Positions 50,891 through 61,164 of a stretch of 64,000 bases of DNA are shown here, in pieces (positions within the stretch are counted from its first letter, which is position 1; each line of letters begins with the position of its first letter). The notes under the pieces were generated by a model. It saw only the letters and a program-made list of their open reading frames with translations, did not search any database and was not told the DNA's origin. The DNA is from an uncultured bacterium (GTDB lineage: Bacteria; Patescibacteriota; JACMRA01), in contig OY969926.1 in assembly GCA_963704645.1 (NCBI GenBank), forward strand, positions 384,001 to 448,000. The letters run 5' to 3'. Both the position numbers and the translations under genes were made by a program.

Positions 50891-52003
50891 ATGTCTGAAG
50901 AAGAATTGTGGCTAGTTCTATATGTGAAATATAACTTTACTTGGTCAAAGTGGAAGAAAATTAATGCTCTATATGCAACCTTAAGTTCGGCTTTGAAAGA
51001 TAATTTTAGTTTAATTCTCGAGCCAAATTTTTTACCTCTACTTTTAAACATACCCAATACACAACTATACCAAGATCGGGATAAAATATTATTATTGCTT
51101 AATGAAAAATCTGTGCTGCACTCATCTTACATAAGTCAAAATTACCCGCCAATTCTAAAAGATATTGCTTCACCACCAGTTATACTTTTTTACAGAGGAA
51201 ACTTAGATTTATGCTCCGCCACCAATTTAGCAGTAATTGGATCAAGGCTTATTACCAACTATTCTAAGCTGATTATGCAGAAAGTTTTACCAAACATTTT
51301 ACCCAGTGGCGTAAATGTGGTTTCAGGTTTAGCATTTGGGGTAGATGCTATTGCCCATGTACACTCATTAAAATGTTTAGAAAGCAAAACAATTGCAGTA
51401 CTAGGTAGTGGAGTGGATGAAAAATCTATTTATCCAGCTGAACATAATTATTTATCTCAGCAAATTTTAGAAAGTGGAGGGCTTTTAATTTCAGAGTTTT
51501 TTCCTGAAACCAAGGTTTTACCCTATCATTTTCCACAAAGAAATAGGCTTATTGTAGCTTTATCAAAAGTAGTTTGGGTAGTACAGGCTGGTATGAAATC
51601 TGGAACTATTCTAACAGCGAAAATTGCAAGAGATACGGGTAAAAGTTTGGTTGTGACCCCGGCTTCAATTTTAGAAGAAAGCTATTTTGGAAATCAACAA
51701 ATTTTACAAGATGGTGCTTGGCCTCTTTTCAAATCAGAGGAAATATTATCACTGCTTGGTTTCCCCTCGGCAATAATTAAAAATAATTCTGAAGATATTT
51801 CAACCTCCATTCCGCTGTCAGAAAAATTTAATTTAAGCGCAAATCAAGAATTAATTCTAAAAAAAATAATTGGAGAAATAAGTGTAGACAGTTTATCCGC
51901 TTCAACAAAACTTGCCTCGAATATTATTAGCTCAGAATTAACTTCGCTAGAGTTACTTGGTTTGGTTGAAAATGTAGGTCAGAATAATTGGGTATTGGTT
52001 TAA
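50891..52003 (+). CDS. dprA: DNA-processing protein DprA
   Basis: AVIGSR, VSGLAFGVD, FPQRNRLI, SGT; C-terminal wHTH. Confidence 0.92.
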   Translation: MSEEELWLVLYVKYNFTWSKWKKINALYATLSSALKDNFSLILEPNFLPLLLNIPNTQLYQDRDKILLLLNEKSVLHSSYISQNYPPILKDIASPPVILFYRGNLDLCSATNLAVIGSRLITNYSKLIMQKVLPNILPSGVNVVSGLAFGVDAIAHVHSLKCLESKTIAVLGSGVDEKSIYPAEHNYLSQQILESGGLLISEFFPETKVLPYHFPQRNRLIVALSKVVWVVQAGMKSGTILTAKIARDTGKSLVVTPASILEESYFGNQQILQDGAWPLFKSEEILSLLGFPSAIIKNNSEDISTSIPLSEKFNLSANQELILKKIIGEISVDSLSASTKLASNIISSELTSLELLGLVENVGQNNWVLV

Positions 52004-52079
52004 ATTATTAAATCTGAATTTTTTATTTTGCTCCAAGAAAACACCTCTACAAATTCTACGGATCTACATTCAAGAAGTC

Positions 52080-53519
52080 TTAATTTTGTAGAACCGGGCC
52101 CTTGGTAACCAAAGTATTATACTGAATTATAGCTTTGGAAAGACTTTGCTGCAAAGGTTCACCGTTGTACCAATATCTTTCAAATAAATCATTCCAAATT
52201 CTTTCGGTGGCTTGAACATCAGGTTTATAATAATTATCACTGTACAAACTTCCGGCTGCGAACACTCTTAGTTTTTCATCGCCGTTTAGCTGTTCGCTAA
52301 CTATAGACTTTCTAGCAGCGGGTAAATTGGTTTTGGTTACAAACTTTCTTTGTTGTTCAGGTAAACTTAAGAAATACAAAAAACGTTCGGCCATTTCTCT
52401 TTTCTTACTTTTAGTTACATCTCTTTCTAAGTTTCTATTAATTCCATCCATAAAGAAAAATCCATAAGTTTTCTTAAAATTTAAATCTAATTGGGGAAGT
52501 GGAGCTACACCATATTGTAATCTTGAATTTCTAGAAGAAATAATGTCTTGCAAGTAACTGTAGTGAAGAATATAGGCTAGTTTTCCTTCTACAAAAGCAT
52601 CTACGTTATTTGGGCTAGAATTGTTCCAGCTATACCTATTTTTTGTTGGATCGGCAAAATCTGCGTAAAATTGCATGGCTTGGTAAGTAGGGCTGTTTGT
52701 GTCTACACTAGATTGAAAATTAGTGCTTGTAGATAAACCAGTTTGAATTTGTTTGGCATCTTTGGCTTGTCCAAAAACAGGTTGGTTTTGCTGGTAGTCA
52801 AAAAGTTGTCCACCTTGTTGGAAAATTAACAGCGGTAAAATATCTTGTAAGCGGTTAATATTTGGCTGGCCTTCAACTCCACGTCCACCAGTTCCTAATG
52901 AAATTGCACTTTGGCTAAAGTTTAATGTATTTGGATCTCTTTTGTTTAATTTAGACAACTGACCATTTAATTCGTTCCAAGTGCTAGGTACAATGGCCAC
53001 TCCACTTTGAGCTAAAATGGTTTTGTTATAGTAAAGTTGAATATTATCAATGTAGGAAGTAATAGCATAAACTTTGTCTCTGTCCATTGTATCACGCACA
53101 ACTAAATCTGCGAATTCGGTTTTATATTTGGCAAGTTCGGCAGTTTGGAATTGACGAATAGGTGTCATGTATTCCTTGTAAGCTGGTAAATCATCATTAC
53201 GAATTGTAAAAATATCAGGCCCGGCATTTTTAGCAACGTCGGCAATTAAGCTTTGGTAATATTTTACATCATATTGCTGGGTTACAATTTGCACTGTAAC
53301 GTTTGGATATAGTCTTTTAAAATCAGCAATTGTGTCTCCGTATGTTTCATTTCCATAAAATGGTTTCCACCAAGTTAAAGTTACCGGACTTGTATCTGGA
53401 GGAAGAGTAGCTGCCGATTTTGGCCAAAGTACAATGGCTAAAGTGGAAATAATTATTAATACAACAACACCAACAATAATTTGATTGGTTCTGCTTTGTA
53501 AGAAATATGGAAGCTGCAT
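52080..53519 (-). CDS. Extracellular solute-binding protein (sugar-binding family 1)
   Basis: N-terminal TM, GPDIF, LYYNK, PSTWNEL. Confidence 0.8.
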   Translation of the reverse strand: MQLPYFLQSRTNQIIVGVVVLIIISTLAIVLWPKSAATLPPDTSPVTLTWWKPFYGNETYGDTIADFKRLYPNVTVQIVTQQYDVKYYQSLIADVAKNAGPDIFTIRNDDLPAYKEYMTPIRQFQTAELAKYKTEFADLVVRDTMDRDKVYAITSYIDNIQLYYNKTILAQSGVAIVPSTWNELNGQLSKLNKRDPNTLNFSQSAISLGTGGRGVEGQPNINRLQDILPLLIFQQGGQLFDYQQNQPVFGQAKDAKQIQTGLSTSTNFQSSVDTNSPTYQAMQFYADFADPTKNRYSWNNSSPNNVDAFVEGKLAYILHYSYLQDIISSRNSRLQYGVAPLPQLDLNFKKTYGFFFMDGINRNLERDVTKSKKREMAERFLYFLSLPEQQRKFVTKTNLPAARKSIVSEQLNGDEKLRVFAAGSLYSDNYYKPDVQATERIWNDLFERYWYNGEPLQQSLSKAIIQYNTLVTKGPVLQN

Positions 53520-53561
53520 AATTTTTATTTTTATAATTTTTTAAAGTGGAATATCTAATTG

Positions 53562-54947
53562 TTAAAAAGGACAAGGGGCCTGAATACAATTTCCAACATA
53601 AGAGGCATTACCAAAAGTAGAGGCATTTTTTAATTGAGCACTGTTGGAAGAAAGACCGCCTGTGATACTGCTGATGTACTGACCTAAAACTGGAATTCCA
53701 CCTGCCACGCTGGTTATTGCACTAATAAATTGGTTTAAAAAGTTTTGAGCAAATTTTACAATGTCGTTTACGAAATCGGTTACAATTTTTTGAACTTGCT
53801 GTAAGAAATTACTAAATATTGCGCCTAATCCTCCGTCCTTAACTGAAGGTACAGATTTGTCTGCAGACAAGGCCGCTGCTGTTGTAACAAGTTCTCCGCT
53901 TCTCCAAAATTCACATTCTTTGGGGTTAGGAACAGCAATTTTAGTAGTGGGAATATTTAAAGCAGAATCGCCACTAGCAAAAGAAAATTGAGCATTGCTA
54001 AAATCTATAGGTGTAGTTGTAGAACTTTGCCCAAGTATTCCAGATATAGTGCCGGGGCCAGAACTATTTAGAGATGAAGATAATGTAGAGAAAGCAGCGT
54101 TATCTTGGCTGATAGCAAATTTACAACCGTCTGGAGCCTTGTCTAGGTTATTCTTAATTTTATCTTTAGTTTTTACCTTCGCGTCGGCTACAATTTTAGA
54201 TGTAGCTGTGTCAACACTGGCAGCAACTTCAGCAGGGCAAGCATTGGTTACACCTAGTAAATCACTAAGTGGTATGCCAGATACGTCTCCACAAGAAGCA
54301 CTTACAGCCACTGCAGTGGTGTTAAATTTTAAATTATCACAGGTTTCTTGAGATGGAACATTGGTTCTTTCATTGGGTGGTAATTCTAATTGGGTTGCCC
54401 GAAGGTTTTCGCAAGTACTAAAATTGGTTATGCCAGCGTAAACTGCGTTCTGAGCTTTTCCAGCTTTAGGAATAATACTGTAAGCTGCGTTAGATATTTG
54501 TGGGAATAAATCTTTTATAGAAGTTAAAGCCTGAAGAGCATTAACTAAACCTGCCCCAATTTCTTTAAGTTTCGTGAACATGCCATCAAGCTGTCTCACA
54601 CCATCTTTTAATTGATTAATTAATTGTGAAATTATTGCTACAATTGTGTTTAAAATTCCCTGAACTACACTTGCAATTAATTGTTGCAAAACTTCTTCCA
54701 CAGAAAATACTACAGAAACAGCTTGTTGAGCCTGCACAGAAATGCTTTCTAGCGGAATTAAACCATTTTTTATTTGGTTTCCAAGCCAAGTTATGTTTTC
54801 TCCTATGGGTTGAACTAACAGGCCAAGTCTGCCGTCTATATGTCGCATAGATGAGCTAGAACTAACAAGCATTGAGCTGCTAAGAATTACCATTAGCATT
54901 AAGCAAAGGCTGGAAATAAAGGTGTTAAACCAAGAAACTCTTGTCAT
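53562..54947 (-). CDS. Hypothetical secreted/membrane protein
   Basis: 461 aa; signal-like N-terminus, amphipathic helices, paired Cys. Confidence 0.65.
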   Translation of the reverse strand: MTRVSWFNTFISSLCLMLMVILSSSMLVSSSSSMRHIDGRLGLLVQPIGENITWLGNQIKNGLIPLESISVQAQQAVSVVFSVEEVLQQLIASVVQGILNTIVAIISQLINQLKDGVRQLDGMFTKLKEIGAGLVNALQALTSIKDLFPQISNAAYSIIPKAGKAQNAVYAGITNFSTCENLRATQLELPPNERTNVPSQETCDNLKFNTTAVAVSASCGDVSGIPLSDLLGVTNACPAEVAASVDTATSKIVADAKVKTKDKIKNNLDKAPDGCKFAISQDNAAFSTLSSSLNSSGPGTISGILGQSSTTTPIDFSNAQFSFASGDSALNIPTTKIAVPNPKECEFWRSGELVTTAAALSADKSVPSVKDGGLGAIFSNFLQQVQKIVTDFVNDIVKFAQNFLNQFISAITSVAGGIPVLGQYISSITGGLSSNSAQLKNASTFGNASYVGNCIQAPCPF

Positions 54948-55085
54948 ATTACTTTCATTATACCTGATAAAAAATACATGGTCAAAGTCAAAATTTATTA
55001 TTCCAAGTCACACACCTTACAATTTTTTTCTTGACTACATATTTCCTTTATTTAATAAAATAAAACAACACTTTTTTATTATCAA

Positions 55086-55133
55086 ATACTGTTAGTAGTG
55101 TTTGATGTTTAAAATTTATTCTATATATAGTTA
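55086..55133 (+). promoter_or_regulatory. Candidate tandem NrdR boxes upstream of nrdR
   Basis: ATACTGTTAGTAGTGT (55086) and ATTCTATATATAGTTA (55118), 32 bp apart, versus consensus acaCwAtATaTwGtgt. Confidence 0.4.
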
Positions 55134-55597
55134 TGATTTGTCCAAAATGCCGTTCTGATAGTACAGGGGTTTATGATTCTAGGTCTACTCATGCTGGTAG
55201 AGCAATACGAAGAAGAAGACAATGTACAGATTGTTCTTACAGATTTACTACTATTGAAGAAGTTAAAGTGCTAGATTTGAAGGTGGAAAAACGAAATGGC
55301 CAAATTGTAGATTTTGATCAGGAAAAACTAGAGCTTGGTGTTCGCAAATCTTTCAATAAAAGACCAATTGATAATGATAAATTTAATAAACTATCTCAAC
55401 AAGTAATTGAAGATATATTAGAATTAGATAAAAACCCTGTAAAATCTATAAAAATTGGGCAAATTGTACTAAGAAACCTGCGTAACTTAGATGAAGCTGC
55501 TTATATTTGCTATTCCGCAATGTATGGAAATTTCAATAGTGTAGAGGATTTTAGCAAGCTTCTAACAGATTTTCAGAAAGAGAGTAGGTTGGCCTAG
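55133..55597 (+). CDS. nrdR: Transcriptional repressor NrdR
   Basis: CPKC...DSR...IRRRRQC..C..RFTT Zn ribbon plus ATP cone. Confidence 0.95.
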   Translation: MICPKCRSDSTGVYDSRSTHAGRAIRRRRQCTDCSYRFTTIEEVKVLDLKVEKRNGQIVDFDQEKLELGVRKSFNKRPIDNDKFNKLSQQVIEDILELDKNPVKSIKIGQIVLRNLRNLDEAAYICYSAMYGNFNSVEDFSKLLTDFQKESRLA

Positions 55598-56115
55598 AAC
55601 TCTAGGTCTTGTAAATTAAGTCCGTTAATATAGTCCATTTTTGTAATAACTAAACCTTTACTCCTTAAAATTGCATATGCAATTACAACGTGAAAATACA
55701 AATTTGGTAGACCGTAATCTGTAATATAATCTAGACTGGTTTGATATTTACCAGGAATAAATGGCAACACTATTTTGTAGTTGTTTAATTCTGAATATTT
55801 TTCTAAAGGAACGGACTGCACAAACAGAATAGTTTTCTCTAATCTTTCTTTTAACTCTGTAATACTTGTTTCAGTATCTACATATTTTGGTGCTTCGGTT
55901 TGAGTAATTCTTGCAACTAAACCCTTAGCGTTATCGGATATCATTTGTATCTGTTTTGAAAAAGGAAACATGTCTGAGTACAATCTTGCGGACAAAATTT
56001 CTTGTTCTGAAATATCTTTTTCTTGAATGTGGGTTTCTACTTTGGTTAGTAAATTTAAAGCAGTATTTAAAGATTTTAAAACCATTTTTGGAGTTTGCTG
56101 AAATATGCTGGACAT
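55594..56115 (-). CDS. DUF1993 family protein
   Basis: ARLYSDMFPF, LPNLYFH...AYAILR...K.DY. Confidence 0.9.
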   Translation of the reverse strand: MSSIFQQTPKMVLKSLNTALNLLTKVETHIQEKDISEQEILSARLYSDMFPFSKQIQMISDNAKGLVARITQTEAPKYVDTETSITELKERLEKTILFVQSVPLEKYSELNNYKIVLPFIPGKYQTSLDYITDYGLPNLYFHVVIAYAILRSKGLVITKMDYINGLNLQDLEF

Positions 56116-56157
56116 ATTTTCTTACTAAGCAGTTGAGCTGTTTTGGTCAATAAATGT

Positions 56158-56826
56158 TTAAACAATGTGTCTAGTATCATTTATTCTGTAAACTCTCCAA
56201 CCAAGCTTAGAATATTCTAAGTATGAAACCCCTGTATTATCAATTAACAAATTAGATGCAAAGTGTTGATCGAAGCCCATAATATGCATTAAAATAAAGT
56301 TAATAACTTTTCCGTGGGCAAAAATTGCAATGTTTAAATCTAGGTTTCTATGTTCTTCCTTATATATAATTTCAGTGTTAAACCAATTGGTAACTCTTGC
56401 TTTGGCCTCTTGAATACTTTCGCCGTTGTTTGGTTTAAACCAAGTATTTTGAGCCGATAGAATATAACTTTTAGCTAATTTTTCTTCTGGGGTGAAGTTT
56501 TTTAAATACAAATCTTCTTCAAGATCTCCAGGTTTCCATTCAACAATACTATCTACAAATGTAACTTCATTTTTAGCCCCCATATTTTCTAAACAAATTT
56601 TGGCAGTCTCTTTTGTTCTATCCAAACTAGATGAATAGACTTTATCGAAACTTTGACTATTTTTCTTAAAATACTGACCAAGCATTTTAGCCTGGTTTCT
56701 GCCAAAATCGGTTAATGGCGAGTTTCTGTCTGAAAAAGTTACATGTTCAGGGTGAGTATTAACATCACTTTGGCCATGCCTAATTAAGTGTATTCTAAAA
56801 GTATTTTCAAACGGGTAAATTGACAT
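56158..56826 (-). CDS. Histidine phosphatase family protein
   Basis: LIRHGQS, SSLDRT, GES, FAHG, NDTRH. Confidence 0.9.
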   Translation of the reverse strand: MSIYPFENTFRIHLIRHGQSDVNTHPEHVTFSDRNSPLTDFGRNQAKMLGQYFKKNSQSFDKVYSSSLDRTKETAKICLENMGAKNEVTFVDSIVEWKPGDLEEDLYLKNFTPEEKLAKSYILSAQNTWFKPNNGESIQEAKARVTNWFNTEIIYKEEHRNLDLNIAIFAHGKVINFILMHIMGFDQHFASNLLIDNTGVSYLEYSKLGWRVYRINDTRHIV

Positions 56827-56907
56827 AATTTTTTGAGATATGGAGCTGAAAGCTATATTTAAACTATCCCACCATTAATTTACTGTCAAAACTTACGTAT
56901 AGTTAAA

Positions 56908-57846
56908 CTAACCTTCAAACCCAATTATTTTCCACCAAAAAGGGTTGTTTAAATTGGATGTGCACCATCTAAATCTTTGCTCCATAGGGTTGTTATTAGC
57001 AAACATATTAGCTGATAAAAAACAATAGGTAAGTAAATAAGCAGCAAACTTTTGCTTTTCGTATTGGTTCATCCTACTTAACAAAATTTCAAACAAAATT
57101 TCAGAGGCATCTACACTGGATATTTTTTTATATTTATCAAATAATGCCCAGCCGATTGCAATATCAAAAATATAATCACCTTGCACTGTGCACCCGCCAA
57201 AGTCAAAAACTGAACTAATATTGAATTTTTCATCAATCAAGATATTCTCTTGAAACATATCTCCGTGAATTAAGCTATTCTCATAACTCAAGCTTTGCAA
57301 ATAATCAACCAAAAAATTATATTTTAAATTTGATTTAACTACAGTTTGCTCAAAGATTTCCCTTATGGGAATGTACCTATAAACTAAATTTTCAATTAGT
57401 AAATTTTTCCAACTGGAATATTCTTTATCAACAAAAAAACGTTCTGTAATATTTAATGGACTGTTAAAGTCAAAAAAGTCTGTCTTAATATTTTTAATTT
57501 GAAATAATGTATCAGAGTAATTTTTAATTACCAAATTGATTTGTTCTACAGATAGTTTGTTTAAAAATTCTGCAGTTGGGCAATTGCCCTCAAGTTTTTT
57601 CTCTATAACCACCATAAAGTCCTCCTCCTCCCAAATATCTAAAATTTCTGGTGTTTCAAAATTTATTTTGGAGGTTTCTAGAGAGCTATAAAACTGCTTT
57701 AATCTTCTTAAGTTTTCTATGTGATTATATTTTCCGTATACTTTGTATACTAAATTATCGCCTTTGTAGAAGGCCTTGCATTCAGTTCCACCTCCCAAAA
57801 AATGTTCCTCGTATTTCAAGTCAAATTTGTCTAAAATTTTCTGCAT
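56908..57846 (-). CDS. APH/choline-kinase-like phosphotransferase
   Basis: LIHGDMFQENIL...VFDFG. Confidence 0.85.
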   Translation of the reverse strand: MQKILDKFDLKYEEHFLGGGTECKAFYKGDNLVYKVYGKYNHIENLRRLKQFYSSLETSKINFETPEILDIWEEEDFMVVIEKKLEGNCPTAEFLNKLSVEQINLVIKNYSDTLFQIKNIKTDFFDFNSPLNITERFFVDKEYSSWKNLLIENLVYRYIPIREIFEQTVVKSNLKYNFLVDYLQSLSYENSLIHGDMFQENILIDEKFNISSVFDFGGCTVQGDYIFDIAIGWALFDKYKKISSVDASEILFEILLSRMNQYEKQKFAAYLLTYCFLSANMFANNNPMEQRFRWCTSNLNNPFWWKIIGFEG

Positions 57847-58181
57847 ATATTTAAATATCTAAGTAGTTAAAATACTCGTTTAAGACCGCCTTTTAAACAA
57901 AAAAGCGAAATTGAATTTATTAAGATTAACTTGTAAAACTATGCTTATAATAATCACTTAGTCAAATAATTTTTTGCTTTTAAAATAATTTAAATAAACT
58001 AATTAATAAAGCTAAATATAAAACTGAAATACTTAAGCCAACAAACACAAAACTAATGTAAATAAATCTCATTAAATCAGACATTTTTAATTATCAGCTA
58101 AGCAAACTTTTTTTGGAAAGATTAATTGCAAGTCAATTGTTGGACTTTGTTTATTTTGAGAGGTTTTACTTACTTGCACCT

Positions 58182-58309
58182 GTCGCGACGCGGTGGTTGT
58201 TGCTACTCTCAAACCCCGATATGGCGATGGGGCTTCGCCGCTACATTTGTGAAATGGCTCGTAGACTTCGCCACTACTTTGGCTTTTGGCGAGGCAGGCT
58301 CGCCGCTAC
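58182..58309 (-). repeat. Tandem REP array (three clear copies and one degenerate)
   Basis: Minus-strand GTAGCGGCGAGCCTGCCTCGCC (58288-58309), GTAGTGGCGAAGTCTACGAGCC (58256-58277), GTAGCGGCGAAGCCCCATCGCC (58223-58244); degenerate copy at 58182-58206. Confidence 0.75.
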
Positions 58310-59139
58310 TGTATGCTTCCTAATTTGTTTAAAATGTCCCAGATTGTAGTTTTTTGGCTGTTGGTTAATTGGAAGGGAATAGAAGCACTCATTTGTTTTA
58401 AAGTATCTAGTTTCATGTTAGACTTTTTGGCCATTAGCACTTCGTTGCCAAGCTTAATTTGTTTGTAGGTGGCCATTTTTAGAAATAGTTTAAAGGCAAT
58501 CCACTGTTGTTTAGTTTTATAATAGTTTTCAGCAGAACTGGGTTTGTGAATTTGTAGCAAGTTTAAATTTAAAGAAAAAAATGGGTTTTCTGGAACCAGG
58601 CCTTGTAAATTCAAAGTATAATCTTTTTCCTGCAATTTTTGGTGAGATAAATTAATTTTAGCCGAAGTTAACACTCCAATTTTTTGATAAACTGGAACCA
58701 TCCAATTTTTTAATTCAGCCTTTCCTAAAACATAAAAACTGTTCTGTTGATAACCTTTAAAAGACGACCATTTCACAATATTCAGAAAACCTTTAGCAGA
58801 AATTTGAACTAGCCATTGAAATGTTAAACCAAGTTTTAGCTCTGCTTTAATATATGGTTGGTTTTGAAATAGATAGCCTTCAATTCTCTGTCCATTTTCA
58901 GACATTAAACTAAGTAAAAAATATCCCTTCCCAGAATTTCGAAATTCAATATTTAAAATTGAGGCTGTAATTAAATAGTGTAGGTTAGTGTCTTGGCTGG
59001 AATTTGTAAACGGGGTTATTGTCTGTAAACGAAAAGGAAAATAGGTAATTAAACTATACAAACTGTTTAAACCAGCGCCCTCTAAACGGGTAATTTCTGG
59101 CTTTGTGAACTGTTTAGGAAAATTACTTGTTGGCTTCAT
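58306..59139 (-). CDS. RecG N-terminal (wedge/OB) half, lacking the helicase domains
   Basis: LEGAGLNSLYSLITYFPFR, MVPVY, LLQIHKP, IPFQLTNSQK (Q-motif), then stop before Walker A. Confidence 0.7.
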   Translation of the reverse strand: MKPTSNFPKQFTKPEITRLEGAGLNSLYSLITYFPFRLQTITPFTNSSQDTNLHYLITASILNIEFRNSGKGYFLLSLMSENGQRIEGYLFQNQPYIKAELKLGLTFQWLVQISAKGFLNIVKWSSFKGYQQNSFYVLGKAELKNWMVPVYQKIGVLTSAKINLSHQKLQEKDYTLNLQGLVPENPFFSLNLNLLQIHKPSSAENYYKTKQQWIAFKLFLKMATYKQIKLGNEVLMAKKSNMKLDTLKQMSASIPFQLTNSQKTTIWDILNKLGSIQ

Positions 59140-59259
59140 CTTGACAAACTTATATATTTTAGAAAAAAATAGTAGTATTGCTTTTAGTCTAGTTAAATCA
59201 AATTTTTAGAAAATAAAACTCTAGAACTTAAATTAAAACTAAATTGCGAATTCACATCT

Positions 59260-59334
59260 GGCGCTATCGTCTAATGGTTAGGACGCAGGATTTTCATTCC
59301 TGTAATCGGGGTTCAATTCCCCGTAGCGCTACCA
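59260..59334 (+). tRNA. tRNA-Glu(UUC)
   Basis: GGCGCTA acceptor stem, CAGGA-TTTTCAT-TCCTG anticodon arm, GTTCAATT, 3' ACCA. Confidence 0.95.
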
Positions 59335-59399
59335 AAACACAAATAAAATCAAAAAAATATTTTAACTTAAACTTGTTGGAAAATTTTACGAAATATTCT

Positions 59400-59810
59400 A
59401 TGTCATCACTAAAGACTATTCGTTGGCAACAGCGTTTCGAAAATTATCAAAAGGCACTTGCTGTTTTACAGGAAGGTTTGGCAATTAAAAAACCTTCTAA
59501 AATTGAAGAACAGGGAATTATAAAATCTTACGAATTTACTTTTGCATTAGCCTGGAAAACTTTAAAAGATTATTTAGAAAGTAAAGATTTAGAAGCCAGC
59601 TTTCCACGTGAAGTATTGAAATTAGCATACTTTTACAACATAATTTCAAATGGTGAAGTATGGTTGGAAATGTTGGAAAAAAGAAACTTGTTAACTCATA
59701 TATATGATGAGAATACTGCAAAGCAAGTTTTGAGTATAATATTGCTAAATTTCAATGCTCACTTGATAGAATTAGAGAATTTTCTAAAGTCTAAGCTAAA
59801 TGAAAAATAA
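59400..59810 (+). CDS. HEPN protein (HI0074 nucleotidyltransferase substrate-binding family)
   Basis: RWQQRFENY, GIIKSYEFTF, WKTLKDYL, RNLLTHIY (RX4H). Start placed at ATG 59400 because the track's start overlaps the tRNA. Confidence 0.9.
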   Translation: MSSLKTIRWQQRFENYQKALAVLQEGLAIKKPSKIEEQGIIKSYEFTFALAWKTLKDYLESKDLEASFPREVLKLAYFYNIISNGEVWLEMLEKRNLLTHIYDENTAKQVLSIILLNFNAHLIELENFLKSKLNEK

Positions 59811-60165
59811 CCTTAATCATCATTCTAACTTTCCATTAGAATCTAATCTAAATCCACCTAGAAATCCTTTTGGAATAACAGAAATAAGCTTTAAAGAACT
59901 AGTTTCTGTTTTAAGTTCTAACCCTGACGTATTAAAAGTTTTAGTTTTTGGCTCAAGGGCTATGGGTAACTATAAGAATAGTTCAGACATAGACTTAGCA
60001 ATAGTTTTTAAAAGTAATATAGATTTTATAACCTTTTTAGACTTAAAGGCCAGACTTCAAAACTCTAATATAATACCTTATACTGTTGATGTGATAGACT
60101 ATTCTACTATTTCAAATCCTAATTTAAAAGACCATGTTGATACTGTGGGCAAGCCCCTTTATTAA
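59800..60165 (+). CDS. Minimal nucleotidyltransferase (MNT) antitoxin
   Basis: FGSRAMG...SDIDLA...VDVI. Confidence 0.9.
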   Translation: MKNNLNHHSNFPLESNLNPPRNPFGITEISFKELVSVLSSNPDVLKVLVFGSRAMGNYKNSSDIDLAIVFKSNIDFITFLDLKARLQNSNIIPYTVDVIDYSTISNPNLKDHVDTVGKPLY

Positions 60166-61164
60166 TTGCTGACAATACTTTATTTTGTGCCTACTTTAAA
60201 ACCAATTCTCAAAATTTTTAATCCTCCTGCCCACCATTGGGTTGGAGACGGTTTTAGAGTTCACAATTTTATTCCTACTGTTATACCCCAGCAAAGAGTT
60301 TCTCCGTTCATTATGTTAGACTATGGGGCTAAATTTGCTTTTCCACCAAGTAATGTTCCGCGAGGTGTTGGGGTTCATCCGCATCGTGGTTTTGAAACTG
60401 TAACCATAGCTTATAAGGGAAAAGTTGCTCACCACGACAGTGCTGGAAATTCTGGCATTATTGGTAGTGGCGAAGTACAGTGGATGACTGCTGGCAGCGG
60501 AATTCTGCATAAAGAATACCATGAAGAACAGTTCGCTAAAACCGGAGGAGATTTTCAAATGGTTCAATTATGGGTGAATTTGCCACAGGTTCACAAGATG
60601 ACAGAGCCAAAGTATCAGGCTGTAACTAGAGATTCCATAAAAAAAGTTGCTCTGCCAAATAATGCAGGATTTGTAGAAATTATTAGCGGAAATTACGAAG
60701 GAAATATTGGTCCAGCTACAACTTTTTCGCCAATAAATTTGTGGAATGTTAATTTAGGGAAAAATATCGACGAAGCTCAGAACTCTCAAAAAAATGAAAA
60801 CACAGACGAGCTCAGCTCAGAAATTACTGAAACAAAAATTTTAGATGGTGCTACTCCAGCCCATTCAATTAGTTTTGAGATAAAGTTAAATCTTCCAGAA
60901 AAATTTAATACTTTTTTAATAGCTATTGAAGGAAACATTGAAGTTAATGGCCAGAAAGTAGAGGAAAACCAATTTGTATTATTTGAAAATGATGGGGAAG
61001 AAATTACTTTAAAATCGGAAAAATCAGCAATAGTTTTAATAGCTAGCGGCGAACCTATTAACGAACCAATGGTTTCTTATGGCCCGTTTGTAATGAACAC
61101 TAAACAAGAAATTATTCAAGCCTTTGAAGACTTGGAAGCAGGCAAATTCGGCTTTTTAGAGTAG
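60166..61164 (+). CDS. Pirin family protein (start probably GTG 60187)
   Basis: HPHRGFETVT, WMTAGSGILHKE, QLWVNLP, GPFVMN. Confidence 0.93.
   Translation: MLTILYFVPTLKPILKIFNPPAHHWVGDGFRVHNFIPTVIPQQRVSPFIMLDYGAKFAFPPSNVPRGVGVHPHRGFETVTIAYKGKVAHHDSAGNSGIIGSGEVQWMTAGSGILHKEYHEEQFAKTGGDFQMVQLWVNLPQVHKMTEPKYQAVTRDSIKKVALPNNAGFVEIISGNYEGNIGPATTFSPINLWNVNLGKNIDEAQNSQKNENTDELSSEITETKILDGATPAHSISFEIKLNLPEKFNTFLIAIEGNIEVNGQKVEENQFVLFENDGEEITLKSEKSAIVLIASGEPINEPMVSYGPFVMNTKQEIIQAFEDLEAGKFGFLE

Noticed and set aside
58182-58309. 32-33 bp periodic repeats as a mini CRISPR array
   Set aside because: Units vary internally, spacers are only ~10 bp, no cas genes are present, and the same motif is dispersed elsewhere. 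It fits REPs.
58113-58468. Short + strand ORFs
   Set aside because: They arise from the GC-rich REP array and the antisense strand of the RecG fragment.
60760-60870. Acidic ~35-aa insertion in pirin as a mobile insert
   Set aside because: Low-complexity loop with no repeats or recognisable termini.
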